64,000 bases of DNA from Candidatus Kaiserbacteria bacterium (GTDB taxonomy: Bacteria > Patescibacteriota > Minisyncoccia > Phycocordibacterales > UBA2100): the NCBI GenBank assembly GCA_028286585.1, contig JAQBRI010000008.1, forward strand, positions 18,514-82,513. Reading direction: 5' to 3'. The notes beneath the pieces were generated by a model that was not told where the DNA came from, did not search any database, and saw only the letters and a program-made list of their open reading frames with translations. A program made the position numbers and the translations under genes. Shown here one piece after another: positions 55,125-64,000 of this stretch (its first letter is position 1; each line of letters opens with the position of its first letter).

Positions 55125-56138
55125 ATGCTTTTAGGCCGAACCGATCCCTCTGACTACAATTTGTACCCGTCACAGTATCCCTGGGCATACGATCTGTACA
55201 ATCAAGCTGTGCGTAATACATGGTTTCCTCATGAAATTGCTCTCAAAGAAGATCTCGATGACTTTGCAAAAATGACCGATGATGAAAAGCATGCTGTCGA
55301 ATATCTGCTCGCATTCTTTAATCCGGCAGAATTGATTGTAAACAGGTCGATCGCGCTTGGTGTGTACCCGTATTTAAAGAGTGCCGAGTGTCACTTGTAT
55401 CTTGCAAAACAAATGTGGGAAGAGGCAAACCATTGCGTTGCATTTGAGTACGTACTCCAAACATTTCCGCTCGACCGCGAAAAAGTGTTTGCTCTCCATA
55501 CGACTGTGCCCTCGATGATTGCAAAAGAAAACTACATCATGGAAGCTGTGCGAACAATGACAGAAGATGAGCTCGATATCACGACTGACGAAGGCAAAAA
55601 AGATTTTGTTCGAAACCTTGTGAAAACAAATATCGTAGCTGAAGGTATTTGGTTTTATTCTGGCTTTATGATTGCTCTCTCATTCAGGCAAAGAAATCAG
55701 CTTCGCAATTTGGGCAGTCTCATTAACTGGGTTCTTCGCGACGAATCACTGCACCTAAAATTTGGTATTCAGTTGATTCTAAATACTCTCGAAGAAAATC
55801 CAGCGTTGGTAACTCCCGAATTTGCATTGGAAATACAAAATTTGATTGTTCAGGGGGTCACGGTCGAAATGGACTTCAATAAAGAGCTATTTCCTCGAGG
55901 CATCCTTGGGCTTAATGCTGATTATGTAAATCAATACGTGCAGCATATGGCCGACCGTCGCTTGACTGAGCTCGGTATGGAAAAATACTATAACGTCTCG
56001 AATCCAGCAAAATGGATGTCGACCGCAACGGACGTGACAGAGCTTGTTAACTTCTTCGAGCAGCAAAATACAGCATACGAAAACCCAAGCGCGACTGATG
56101 ATGAAGTGGCAAAGCAACGGAAAAATACTGAACTATAA
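55125..56138 (+). CDS. nrdB: ribonucleotide reductase beta subunit (di-iron/tyrosyl radical)
   Basis: Ferritin-like helices with EEANHCVAFEY and DESLHLKFG iron ligands. Downstream of nrdA. Confidence 0.85.
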   Translation: MLLGRTDPSDYNLYPSQYPWAYDLYNQAVRNTWFPHEIALKEDLDDFAKMTDDEKHAVEYLLAFFNPAELIVNRSIALGVYPYLKSAECHLYLAKQMWEEANHCVAFEYVLQTFPLDREKVFALHTTVPSMIAKENYIMEAVRTMTEDELDITTDEGKKDFVRNLVKTNIVAEGIWFYSGFMIALSFRQRNQLRNLGSLINWVLRDESLHLKFGIQLILNTLEENPALVTPEFALEIQNLIVQGVTVEMDFNKELFPRGILGLNADYVNQYVQHMADRRLTELGMEKYYNVSNPAKWMSTATDVTELVNFFEQQNTAYENPSATDDEVAKQRKNTEL

Positions 56139-56330
56139 TAAAACTATAGTCTATATAGCAATAGCCAAGTTTTTCAACTGCGGGTCAAAAGACTGCACAA
56201 AAGTTGTCTACTTTGATTAGCATTTTCATCTACACATTATCTGATTCTATAAACATTTTGTACATAAAAAATCTATGTATTTCGCTTGTACCTAACTCTC
56301 GCGGTCGCGGTATTTAGGTACAGGAGCTGA

Positions 56331-56681
56331 TTAGGTATTGATCGTTTTACTTACAGACACAGCTGTTCCATAGGCGAGGACTTCGGTTACGCCTGCTGCA
56401 ATTTCTGTAGCATCATATCTAAATCCTATAACTGCGTTAGCACCCATCTGAGCCGCGTGTTCGAGCATAAGATCAAACGCATGCTGCCGTGTTTGCTCAC
56501 ACAGAGTCGTATACAAAGAAATGTTACCTCCGAATAATGTTTGGATACCTGCTCCGATATTGCCCACGATCGAACGGGATCGAACGATGATTCCGCGAGT
56601 TATACCGTGATTTTTAGTAATCTTATAACCATCTATTTCAAATGCTGTAGTAACGAGCGCTGTATCAATTGTGTTTGTCAT
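56331..56681 (-). CDS. UPF0145/YbjQ family protein
   Basis: [81 protein letters not shown] matches the conserved YbjQ pattern. Confidence 0.75.
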   Translation of the reverse strand: MTNTIDTALVTTAFEIDGYKITKNHGITRGIIVRSRSIVGNIGAGIQTLFGGNISLYTTLCEQTRQHAFDLMLEHAAQMGANAVIGFRYDATEIAAGVTEVLAYGTAVSVSKTINT

Positions 56682-56764
56682 ATTCTAATCCTACCACTCT
56701 AAATTGAGTGAACAAGGACTGCTGCTGCGGTATAATAGATATATAGAAGTAAACAAACATTCTT

Positions 56765-57157
56765 ATGATTGACCACCTTACATTACATGTAAACGATATT
56801 GATAAAAGTAAGCTGTTTTATACTGCAATTTTAAAACCGCTTGGCTACGGTATGACTAGTGAGTTCCCAGAATGGAAGCTAGCTGGATACGGTACAAAAG
56901 CAAAGTCCTCATTGTGGGTATATGGAGACGGCTGTAAACAGCCAACCCATATAGCATTTACTGCAAAGAGTGCTGACGCTGTAAAGGTATGTTACAAAGC
57001 GGGGATAAAGGCGGGCGGAAAGGACAATGGCAAACCAGGCATTCGCAAAAACTACAGTGCCGGATACTACGCTGCGTTTGTTCTTGATTTGGACGGACAT
57101 AATATCGAAATTGTCTTCCACGACAAAACCAAAAAAGCTCCAGCTAAAAAGAAATAA
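56765..57157 (+). CDS. VOC (glyoxalase/bleomycin-resistance fold) family protein
   Basis: IDHLTLHVNDIDKSKLFYTAILKPLGY N-terminal VOC motif and HIAFTAKS metal region. Confidence 0.7.
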   Translation: MIDHLTLHVNDIDKSKLFYTAILKPLGYGMTSEFPEWKLAGYGTKAKSSLWVYGDGCKQPTHIAFTAKSADAVKVCYKAGIKAGGKDNGKPGIRKNYSAGYYAAFVLDLDGHNIEIVFHDKTKKAPAKKK

Positions 57158-57159
57158 CT

Positions 57160-57612
57160 ATGCCAATCTACAATCACAAAGGAAAGCACTTTAAAGCGCA
57201 TGTGCACCCAAGCTTACAACGCCGAATACGAATTTTTATTGTTATTTCAATACTTATGCTTCTTTTGGTCGCATACGATATTTCTCAAGGAATACTTTCA
57301 TTTCCATACGCAATAGGTGCTCTTGTTGTAGGGGGTGTTGTTGGAATATTTACGAGCAGAATTTTCCACCTTTCATGGGAAAAAGATGGAAGCCACGTGG
57401 TAGGACGTATCGATAAGATCGGCTGGATTGTACTTGCCTTGTATATTGCATTTGAAATCGCACGTTCGCTCTTCTTTCAGTATGAAGTACATATCGGAGA
57501 TGAAGCGACGGCAATTACCTATGCATTTGTTTCTGCGGCGCTTTTGAGTCGCGTATTTGGACTCCGAGGAAGGATTATCACTATTCTCAAACAGGAACAA
57601 ATCTTTGGTTAA
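57160..57612 (+). CDS. hypothetical 4-TM membrane protein
   Basis: Hydrophobic segments IFIVISILMLLLVAY, AIGALVVGGVVGIF, IGWIVLALYIAF and ITYAFVSAALL. Confidence 0.4.
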   Translation: MPIYNHKGKHFKAHVHPSLQRRIRIFIVISILMLLLVAYDISQGILSFPYAIGALVVGGVVGIFTSRIFHLSWEKDGSHVVGRIDKIGWIVLALYIAFEIARSLFFQYEVHIGDEATAITYAFVSAALLSRVFGLRGRIITILKQEQIFG

Positions 57613-58508
57613 TCCTTGAGCAGCTTTTCAACTGTTTGCAAAAGTTCAATTCCCTCGGACGGACTAAACCAAACTATGTCTTTGTTTCGCCTCCAGTACG
57701 TCATTTGTCTTTTTGCATACTGATAAATATCACTGGTCAGTTCCTTGGTCAGCTCCTTTCGAGTAATAATTCCTTCTAGAAAGCGCGCAAGAGAACGATA
57801 CTCGAGGCCAAGTTCATGCATACGCTTATAAGAAATCCCTTTTGTATGCAAGTGTTCTGCTTCTTTGATCATTCCTCTTTTTAAGCGTGCTACAAGACGT
57901 ATCTGAATCTTTTTTTGCAGTTCGCTTTCTGCCGGCTGAATTCCAATCCATAGGGGATTCATTGCAATCTCTATTTTTTTAACAGGCGGAGTCTTTTTGG
58001 CCGATGCAACTTCGAGTGCGCGTATGAGTCTCAGTTTGTTATTGCGCTCACTTGGTGTAGACATCATTTTTGCCCTTCGCGGATCTTTTTTTTCTAACAG
58101 TGCAAAGAGCTGCTCGACTGTTTTTTTCTCCATGAGAGTGCGAAATTTTGAGTCTGGTGGCACGTCAGGCAAGAAAACTCTTGAAGTAAGTGCATCGATA
58201 TAAAATCCAGTTCCGCCAACGACGATGGGCAGTTTGCCTTTTTGTATAATTGCCTGCATTGCCTGCTTTGCATGCGTAACAAAGTCCTGGGCAGTAAACC
58301 GCGTCCTTGGCGAGACTATGTCCAAAAGGTAATGGGGGATATTCTGCATCTCGGCTTTTGTTACCTTGCCGGTTCCAATATCCAATCCTTTGTATACCTG
58401 CCTGGAGTCGGCAGAAATAATTTCACCATTAAACCGCTTGGCAAGTTCGACCGCCAATGCACTCTTTCCGGACGCTGTTGGGCCGACGATTATGAGAATT
58501 TTATGCAT
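57609..58508 (-). CDS. miaA: tRNA dimethylallyltransferase
   Basis: P-loop ILIIVGPTASGKSALAVELA. DSRQVYKGLDIGTGK. Start taken at MHKILII. Confidence 0.85.
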   Translation of the reverse strand: MHKILIIVGPTASGKSALAVELAKRFNGEIISADSRQVYKGLDIGTGKVTKAEMQNIPHYLLDIVSPRTRFTAQDFVTHAKQAMQAIIQKGKLPIVVGGTGFYIDALTSRVFLPDVPPDSKFRTLMEKKTVEQLFALLEKKDPRRAKMMSTPSERNNKLRLIRALEVASAKKTPPVKKIEIAMNPLWIGIQPAESELQKKIQIRLVARLKRGMIKEAEHLHTKGISYKRMHELGLEYRSLARFLEGIITRKELTKELTSDIYQYAKRQMTYWRRNKDIVWFSPSEGIELLQTVEKLLKD

Positions 58509-58584
58509 ACAAGTCGACTTTATCATAAAAGGAGGACACTCGGCCAGGCGTTCAAAATGTGTCGCCACACATTTTGCCGCACGG

Positions 58585-58631
58585 CCCTAGCTCGCGGTCT
58601 CGTCTGCTGACTCGACATCGCTCCGCTTTTC
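58585..58631 (-). repeat. 45-nt tRNA-trailer-associated element, copy c (downstream of tRNA-Leu-CAA)
   Basis: ccctagctcgcggtctcgtctgctgactcgacatcgctccgcttttc. Flanked by the hairpins aagcacacaaa..ttttgtgtgctt and aaaatgtgtggcgacacatttt. Confidence 0.85.
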
Positions 58632-58696
58632 GAGTCTCCCAAGCACACAAAATAGTTTGTGTGCTTCCCAGCCCAAAACTCACTTCGTTCGTTTTT

Positions 58697-58778
58697 GTGC
58701 CGGGAGAGAGACTCGAACTCTCATGAGTTACCTCGAACGATTTTGAGTCGTTTGCGTCTACCATTCCGCCATCCCGGC
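58697..58778 (-). tRNA. tRNA-Leu (anticodon CAA)
   Basis: GCCGGGA-TG-GCGGAATGGTAGACGC..anticodon loop CTCAAAA..long variable arm..GAGAG-TTCGAGT-CTCTC-TCCCGGC-A. Confidence 0.8.
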
Positions 58779-58870
58779 CTATACTCAATACCAGTGCAGT
58801 GTATATGAACACATGCATACGTACAAGTCTCAACTTTTTTGGATGCACAAAATTCTGATGGTATACTATT

Positions 58871-59965
58871 TTGCATATGACAGAGCGAAACATGCAAGAT
58901 TCCATTTTTTGGGTTGAGGTTGAAAAAATCAGTCCTAATCCATATCAGCCACGCCGAGTATTTGATGAGGCAGCACTCCTTTCGCTTGCTGACTCAATCC
59001 GACAGTATGGAATTTTGCAGCCGCTTACCGTAACTCGCAAAGAAATTGAACGGCCAGGAGAGGGAATTTGGGTACAGTACGAACTGATTGCCGGCGAAAG
59101 ACGATTGCGCGCATCAAAACTAGCAGGCCTCAAAGAGGTTCCGGTTGTAATTCGTACAGCAGACGATACCGACAGAATGAAACTCGAACTCGCGATTATC
59201 GAAAATCTTCAGCGAGAAGATCTTAATGCCGTTGATCGTGCAGAAGCGTTTCAAAAACTCGCCAACGAGTTTAATCTTAAGCATGGTGAAATTGGACAAC
59301 GTGTCGGCAAGAGTCGCGAATACGTTTCAAACACGCTTCGCATTCTCATGTTGCCGCAAGAAATTCGTGACTCACTTCGAAGTGGCAATATATCCGAAGG
59401 TCATTCGCGCCCTCTTTTGATGCTCAATGATAGACCCGTTGAACAAATGGTTTTGTTTAAGGATATCGTTACTCGCCGCATTACGGTGCGTGACTCCGAA
59501 GCGCTTGCTCGTCGTATTGCAGTAGAAAAAACACGCAACAAGATTTCTCCAGATTTGATGTCACTCGAAAAGCAGCTTTCAGAAAGACTTGGCACGCGCG
59601 TTCGTATCGAAAAGAAAGAGCAGGGCGGAAAGGTGACTATCGATTATTTTTCTCCTGAAGACTTATCAGCGCTCTGTCTCAATCTTGCAACACAAGTTCC
59701 ATCGTCCCTACTTGCGCCCATTATTCCAGTAGCAGCATCTATAAGCGAAGTCTCCACTCAGCCACAAGTAGCCAGTGCTATGGACACTGTGCAGAATCAA
59801 AACGCACAAACGAATGAGATCGTTGCAGAAGCACCCGTAATCGAAACTGGTGTTGAAGTGCCGGCAGAATCCGGAGCTATCGCAGAAGCGCAGCCTGAAC
59901 AAATTCCGGAAAAGATTGATTTCGAAGATCCTACGCTCTATTCACTGGACAACTTTACCGTCTAG
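58871..59965 (+). CDS. parB: ParB/Spo0J-family partition protein with extended C-terminal tail (no adjacent parA)
   Basis: ParB box GILQPLTV...YELIAGERRLRASKLAG, an HTH, and a long low-complexity C-terminus. Confidence 0.8.
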   Translation: MHMTERNMQDSIFWVEVEKISPNPYQPRRVFDEAALLSLADSIRQYGILQPLTVTRKEIERPGEGIWVQYELIAGERRLRASKLAGLKEVPVVIRTADDTDRMKLELAIIENLQREDLNAVDRAEAFQKLANEFNLKHGEIGQRVGKSREYVSNTLRILMLPQEIRDSLRSGNISEGHSRPLLMLNDRPVEQMVLFKDIVTRRITVRDSEALARRIAVEKTRNKISPDLMSLEKQLSERLGTRVRIEKKEQGGKVTIDYFSPEDLSALCLNLATQVPSSLLAPIIPVAASISEVSTQPQVASAMDTVQNQNAQTNEIVAEAPVIETGVEVPAESGAIAEAQPEQIPEKIDFEDPTLYSLDNFTV

Positions 59966-61496
59966 CTGCTTCCTGCTCTGCTAGAGCAGTACGAATAAAT
60001 TTGCGAGCCATGCTCGTTTTTGCAATTTCAAGCCACTTGAGAGATGGTTTTGCAGAAGGCTTTGTAATAATTTCAACTACATTTCCGTTTTTGAGTGTTG
60101 TCGAAAGCGAGACCATTTTGTTGTTGACTCGCACACCCGACATATGATTTCCAATTTGTGAATGCACCGCATAGGCAAAGTCGACCGGAGTCGCGTCAAT
60201 TGGCATGTCGATAGCATCACCCTTGGGAGTAAAAACAAATATTCTGTGACTAAAAAAGTCTTCTTTTAGAGTCTCAATATAATTATCTTCGGTTCGATCT
60301 TCCTCGCCGTGTGCTAGTTCGTTAATCCAATTGGGCACAGCAGAAATACCACTGTCATGGTTGTCCGTCGTCTGTTTCTTAAGCAATGGGAAAAATTGTC
60401 GTATCCACGTTATGCCCGCCTGCGGATTTTTGATTCCAAATTGACGATCCTTATAAATAAGATGCGATGCAATACCGTAGAGCGCTTCCTGATGAATTGC
60501 TTCGGTACGCAATTGCACCTCGAGTGCTCCTCCAGAACCGGTATACAAAGTTGAATGAATCGACTGGTAACCATTTGGTTTTGGGTTGGCAATATAATCC
60601 TTGATTTTGCCTGGAACGGGGCGCCAGTGTGCATGAATGATACCAAGCGCGCTATAGCAATCGGCAATCGAAGGAAATATCAAACGCAATGCAAGAATGT
60701 CATAAATTTGGGTGATATCCCACTTTTTACGCTCAAGTTTTTTGAACAGGGAATACGCTCCCTTAATACGCGCCTCGGTGCGAAAATTACGTATACCAGC
60801 TTCTCCAAGTTCTCGCTTGAGCGAATGCTCGAGTTTTTCAAGCTGTTTTTCGTCTTCGTGCTTTCGAGCGCGCAAAATCTCGCGGGTTTTTTCGTATTCT
60901 TTTGGATATGCGTATGGAAAAGCTGCGTCCTCGAGCTCTTGCTTGAGAACACTCATACCAAGTCTGTCTGCTATTGGGGCATATATTTCGAGCGTCTCTT
61001 TTGCAATACGGTCACGTTTGTCTTCGCGCGGAACGTGCGAAAGCGTACGTGCGTTATGGAGACGATCCATAAGTTTGATGATCAATACCCGAATATCCTT
61101 TGCTGTTGCGGCAAAGAGTTTGCGTAAACTTTCGGTATGGCGCTGTGTACCTTGGTATCTCAGTTTTCCAAGTTTGGTAACTCCATCAACAAGCATAAAA
61201 ACCTGGTCACCAAATTCTTTTTTAAAAACGTCTTCATCGATATGTGCGTCCTCGATGGTGTCATGGAGCAGGCCAGCTGCTATTGCCTCGGCATCGAGAC
61301 CGGCTTGCGCGAGATAAAAACCCACCTCAGCAACATGGCTAAAATACGGATCGCCCGAGAAACGCAATTGACCGGTGTGTGCTTTCTCGGCAAATTCGTA
61401 TGCACGCGTCACAAGATCAATGTCGACGGACGATTTACTGGTCATTACGTCAAGAATTTCTTTAATGGTTCGAGGCTTGACCTGTGTCATAGACAT
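59955..61496 (-). CDS. rel: bifunctional (p)ppGpp synthetase/hydrolase Rel/SpoT homolog (HD + synthetase + TGS)
   Basis: HD motif LLHDTIEDA. Synthetase region YQSIHSTLY. TGS domain GDAIDMPIDATPVDFAYAVHSQIG. Confidence 0.85.
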   Translation of the reverse strand: MSMTQVKPRTIKEILDVMTSKSSVDIDLVTRAYEFAEKAHTGQLRFSGDPYFSHVAEVGFYLAQAGLDAEAIAAGLLHDTIEDAHIDEDVFKKEFGDQVFMLVDGVTKLGKLRYQGTQRHTESLRKLFAATAKDIRVLIIKLMDRLHNARTLSHVPREDKRDRIAKETLEIYAPIADRLGMSVLKQELEDAAFPYAYPKEYEKTREILRARKHEDEKQLEKLEHSLKRELGEAGIRNFRTEARIKGAYSLFKKLERKKWDITQIYDILALRLIFPSIADCYSALGIIHAHWRPVPGKIKDYIANPKPNGYQSIHSTLYTGSGGALEVQLRTEAIHQEALYGIASHLIYKDRQFGIKNPQAGITWIRQFFPLLKKQTTDNHDSGISAVPNWINELAHGEEDRTEDNYIETLKEDFFSHRIFVFTPKGDAIDMPIDATPVDFAYAVHSQIGNHMSGVRVNNKMVSLSTTLKNGNVVEIITKPSAKPSLKWLEIAKTSMARKFIRTALAEQEAARR

Positions 61497-61765
61497 ATAG
61501 TACGGTATAGATGGGAAAACCGAAAGGGAACGCCATGAACGAGAAAGATGAGCAATGGCTTAAAACTGATCCCGAGGCAGAAATGAATCGGCGCGATAAG
61601 ACGGTAGAGAAAACATCTACAGAGGTGACGCGGCGATATGTGTGCATGGTTCCTGGATGTACATCTGTGGAGAAGTCGCCGGGTCCGTGCATAGCGCATC
61701 CGAGTCATGGAAATTTATCTCCGTCGTACTGAGGGAGAAACATAGTCGAGAGCGCAGAGCCTCGA

Positions 61766-63970
61766 CTATTTCATTTTATGAGGATTGTGCATTAAGCAAG
61801 TCTTGTTCGAACATCTTTCAGGAATTGTTTTTGTGCCCTCCATCATCAATGATCCGCACATGGTACAAATTTTTCCTGTCGGCTTTGCCTTGATTGCATT
61901 CTTGCATGTTGGATAATTTGAACAGCTATAAAAGATTCCAAATCGTCCGCGTCGTTCAACCATTTCACCCTTACCACAGGTTGGGCAGGTGACACCTGTT
62001 TTACTTTTTGCCTCCTCAGCTGGGTCTTTGCGCACGTATTTACATTTTGGATAATTTGAACATGCAATAAAACTGCCAAAGCGCCCGTCGCGCACTATCA
62101 ATTTGCCCGGGGTCAGTTTTTTCTTACCAACAACTTTTGGGTGTTCAGCATCTCCGCACTCTGGACACATTTCTCCCAAATCTTTTGGTGGTTCGATCTC
62201 ACTTCCATCTTCTCGACGCGCTCCGACACAATCGGGGAACTTTTTACAGCTCATAAAGCGGCCGGTTTTGGAAAGCTTGTACTCCATGTCACCCCCACAA
62301 ATAGGGCATTTAAATTCCTCGGGCACGTCACCCATACCGGTGAGTTTTGGAATATCAGCCTTTGACTTAAGTGATTTTGTAAACGGTGTATAAAACTCCT
62401 TTAGTGTTTTTGCATAATCACGATTACCAGTCGCAATTTCATCGAGCTGATCTTCCATGTCTGCAGTAAACGTATCGCTAATATAGTCTCCAAAATTATT
62501 TTCTATAAATGTTGAAACAACGTCGCCTGTTGGTGTTGGCAACAGTGTTCGGCCTTGTTTTTCTACATAGCCGCGCTCGTCCAGTGTGCGGATAATTGAT
62601 GCGTAGGTCGAAGGTCTGCCAATGCCGCGCTTTTCGAGTTCCTTAACAAGACCCGCTTCAGAATATCGTCCTGGAGGCTGAGTTTCTTTGCCTTCACTGT
62701 GTACTTCGACAAGTGAAAGCGGGTCTTTAATAGCAATTGCTGGCAATTCCACATCTTCGCCACGAGCATCTGGGTCGGCCTTGAGCCATCCATCAAAAAT
62801 GACTCGTGAACCATTCACGGTAAAATTGGGTATCGTTGCTCCGTTCACGTTTGCAGTGATTTTGGTGCGCATCACTGATGCATCGGTCATTTGTGAAGCA
62901 AGTGTTCGTGCACGAATCAAGTCATAGAGTTTTTTCTGGTCTTCGTTGTTACCAGCTGTACGCTTTGCAGAATTTGTTGGACGAACCGGTTCGTGAGCTT
63001 CTTGAGCATTCTTGCTTTTGGTTTTGTAAGCACGAGCCTCCGGGTATTTTGCTCCAAACTCATCTTTGATAACTTCGAGGAGTGCCGTCTGAGCATCTTT
63101 TGAAAGGGTTGTGGAATCTGTACGCATATAGGTAATGTATCCGCTTTCATACAGCTTTTGAGCAACACCCATCGTACGTGATGGTGAAAAGCCAAGACGT
63201 GTAGATGCCGCTTGCTGAAGTGTGGACGTAGTAAATGGCGCCTTTGGTGAGCGAGCTTGTGCAGCTGCATCCACATCCAGCACGTGCCAGTCGTGTGTTT
63301 CTGCAGTCTTTACGATCGCGTCAGCTTCTTCGGCAGATTTAGGTTCTTCGGTGCAGGTGAAAACCATCGACTCATTTTTTTTCGTTTTGAGTGTTGCTTC
63401 GATTATCCAGTATTTTTCGGGTATAAACGCACGTATTTCGCGCTCGCGTTCCATGATGATGCGAAGTGCGGGTGACTGTACGCGGCCGGCAGAAAGTCCA
63501 TAGCGTACCTTCTTCCAGACAAGGCCAGAAAGATCGTATCCAAAAAGACGATCAAGTACGCGGCGCGCTTCTTGTGCTTTGCGCAAGTCTTGGTCGATAA
63601 GGCGGGGATGCGCGAGTGCTTCTCGAACGGCCTTCTCGGTGATTTCGTGAAAAACGATGCGCTTTGGGTCATGCAGGTGAAGTGCCTGCGCCAAGTGCCA
63701 TGCAATTGCTTCGCCTTCGCGGTCGGGGTCTGTTGCAAGAATGACCTCGGTCGATTTTTTGGCCTCACGAGTAAGATCGGCAATAACAAGCTGCTTCTCT
63801 TTTACAATCTGATAGTTGGGAATAAATCCACCAGCCACGTCAACGGCGTCCTTGTTGCTTTTTGGAAGGTCGCGAACATGTCCAACTGAAGCGCGTACCG
63901 TAAAACCCTCACCGAGATATTTTTCGATGGTCTTTGCTTTTGCGGGTGATTCGACGATAACTAATTTCAT
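61766..63970 (-). CDS. topA: DNA topoisomerase I
   Basis: Toprim MKLVIVESPAKAKTIEKYLG, active-site Tyr region, and C-terminal Cys4 zinc ribbons (CPICGG..., CPECGD..., CPTCGKG...). Confidence 0.95.
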   Translation of the reverse strand: MKLVIVESPAKAKTIEKYLGEGFTVRASVGHVRDLPKSNKDAVDVAGGFIPNYQIVKEKQLVIADLTREAKKSTEVILATDPDREGEAIAWHLAQALHLHDPKRIVFHEITEKAVREALAHPRLIDQDLRKAQEARRVLDRLFGYDLSGLVWKKVRYGLSAGRVQSPALRIIMEREREIRAFIPEKYWIIEATLKTKKNESMVFTCTEEPKSAEEADAIVKTAETHDWHVLDVDAAAQARSPKAPFTTSTLQQAASTRLGFSPSRTMGVAQKLYESGYITYMRTDSTTLSKDAQTALLEVIKDEFGAKYPEARAYKTKSKNAQEAHEPVRPTNSAKRTAGNNEDQKKLYDLIRARTLASQMTDASVMRTKITANVNGATIPNFTVNGSRVIFDGWLKADPDARGEDVELPAIAIKDPLSLVEVHSEGKETQPPGRYSEAGLVKELEKRGIGRPSTYASIIRTLDERGYVEKQGRTLLPTPTGDVVSTFIENNFGDYISDTFTADMEDQLDEIATGNRDYAKTLKEFYTPFTKSLKSKADIPKLTGMGDVPEEFKCPICGGDMEYKLSKTGRFMSCKKFPDCVGARREDGSEIEPPKDLGEMCPECGDAEHPKVVGKKKLTPGKLIVRDGRFGSFIACSNYPKCKYVRKDPAEEAKSKTGVTCPTCGKGEMVERRGRFGIFYSCSNYPTCKNAIKAKPTGKICTMCGSLMMEGTKTIPERCSNKTCLMHNPHKMK

Positions 63971-64000
63971 ATGGATGCAATTGATACGCTATTAGAATAC

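Noticed and set aside
56139-56330. Hairpin gtacctaa...ttaggtac with a loop containing ctcgcggtcgcgg, partly resembling the start of the 45-nt tRNA-trailer element
   Set aside because: The match is only about 9 nt and not tRNA-associated. Most simply a terminator between the convergent nrdB and ybjQ genes.
61511-61732. 73-aa plus-strand ORF with Cys/His residues in the rel-topA intergenic region
   Set aside because: Opposite strand to both flanking genes, in what is most likely the rel promoter/topA terminator region. No family resemblance. Could be a small zinc-finger protein but the evidence is insufficient.

Overview
This window is gene-dense. It looks like it comes from a small-genome bacterium: short IF-2 and ProRS forms, weak ribosome-binding sites, and no biosynthetic operons. 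CPR/Patescibacteria-like is an inference, not a result. The housekeeping backbone covers these functions:
- Cell shape and division: two mreB paralogs, mreC, mreD, PBP2, ftsA, ftsZ.
- DNA replication and topology: holB, gyrA, topA, parB.
- Translation: frr, proS, a divergent hisS-like gene, pth, rpsA, rpsU, rpmG, infB, rbfA.
- tRNAs: six genes (Leu-TAG, Lys-CTT, Leu-TAA, Cys-GCA, Tyr-GTA, Trp-CCA, Leu-CAA).
- Other: nrdAB, clpB, rel, miaA, ybeY, lepB, rseP, and a VKOR/DsbA/TrxB redox module.

Four accessory features interrupt this backbone.
1. A giant secreted Rhs/Tc-toxin-like polymorphic toxin of 2871 aa with an overlapping small immunity ORF, inserted after holB-frr-rseP. Its architecture is SpvB domain, FG-GAP propeller, YD repeats, an inserted Gly-rich block, a DUF2341-LamG module, the RHS core with a PxxxxDPxG site, and a variable C-terminal toxin.
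2. A local swarm of REP-like 25-bp repeats around a RAYT (IS200-like HuH Y1) transposase, immediately downstream of the toxin.
3. A tandem array of five paralogous small secreted two-TM proteins resembling TrbC/VirB2 or T4SS-pilin proteins, with a sixth copy 11 kb away.
4. A near-identical 45-nt element found 60-100 bp downstream of four different tRNA genes. Two of the copies also carry partial duplications of the tRNA 3' end, like footprints of a miniature tRNA-targeting element. Two of these tRNAs bracket a two-gene segment encoding a CphA-like ATP-grasp ligase and an unusual acyltransferase/PABS fusion.

Candidate structured leaders lie upstream of nrdAB and proS; they are flagged with low confidence.
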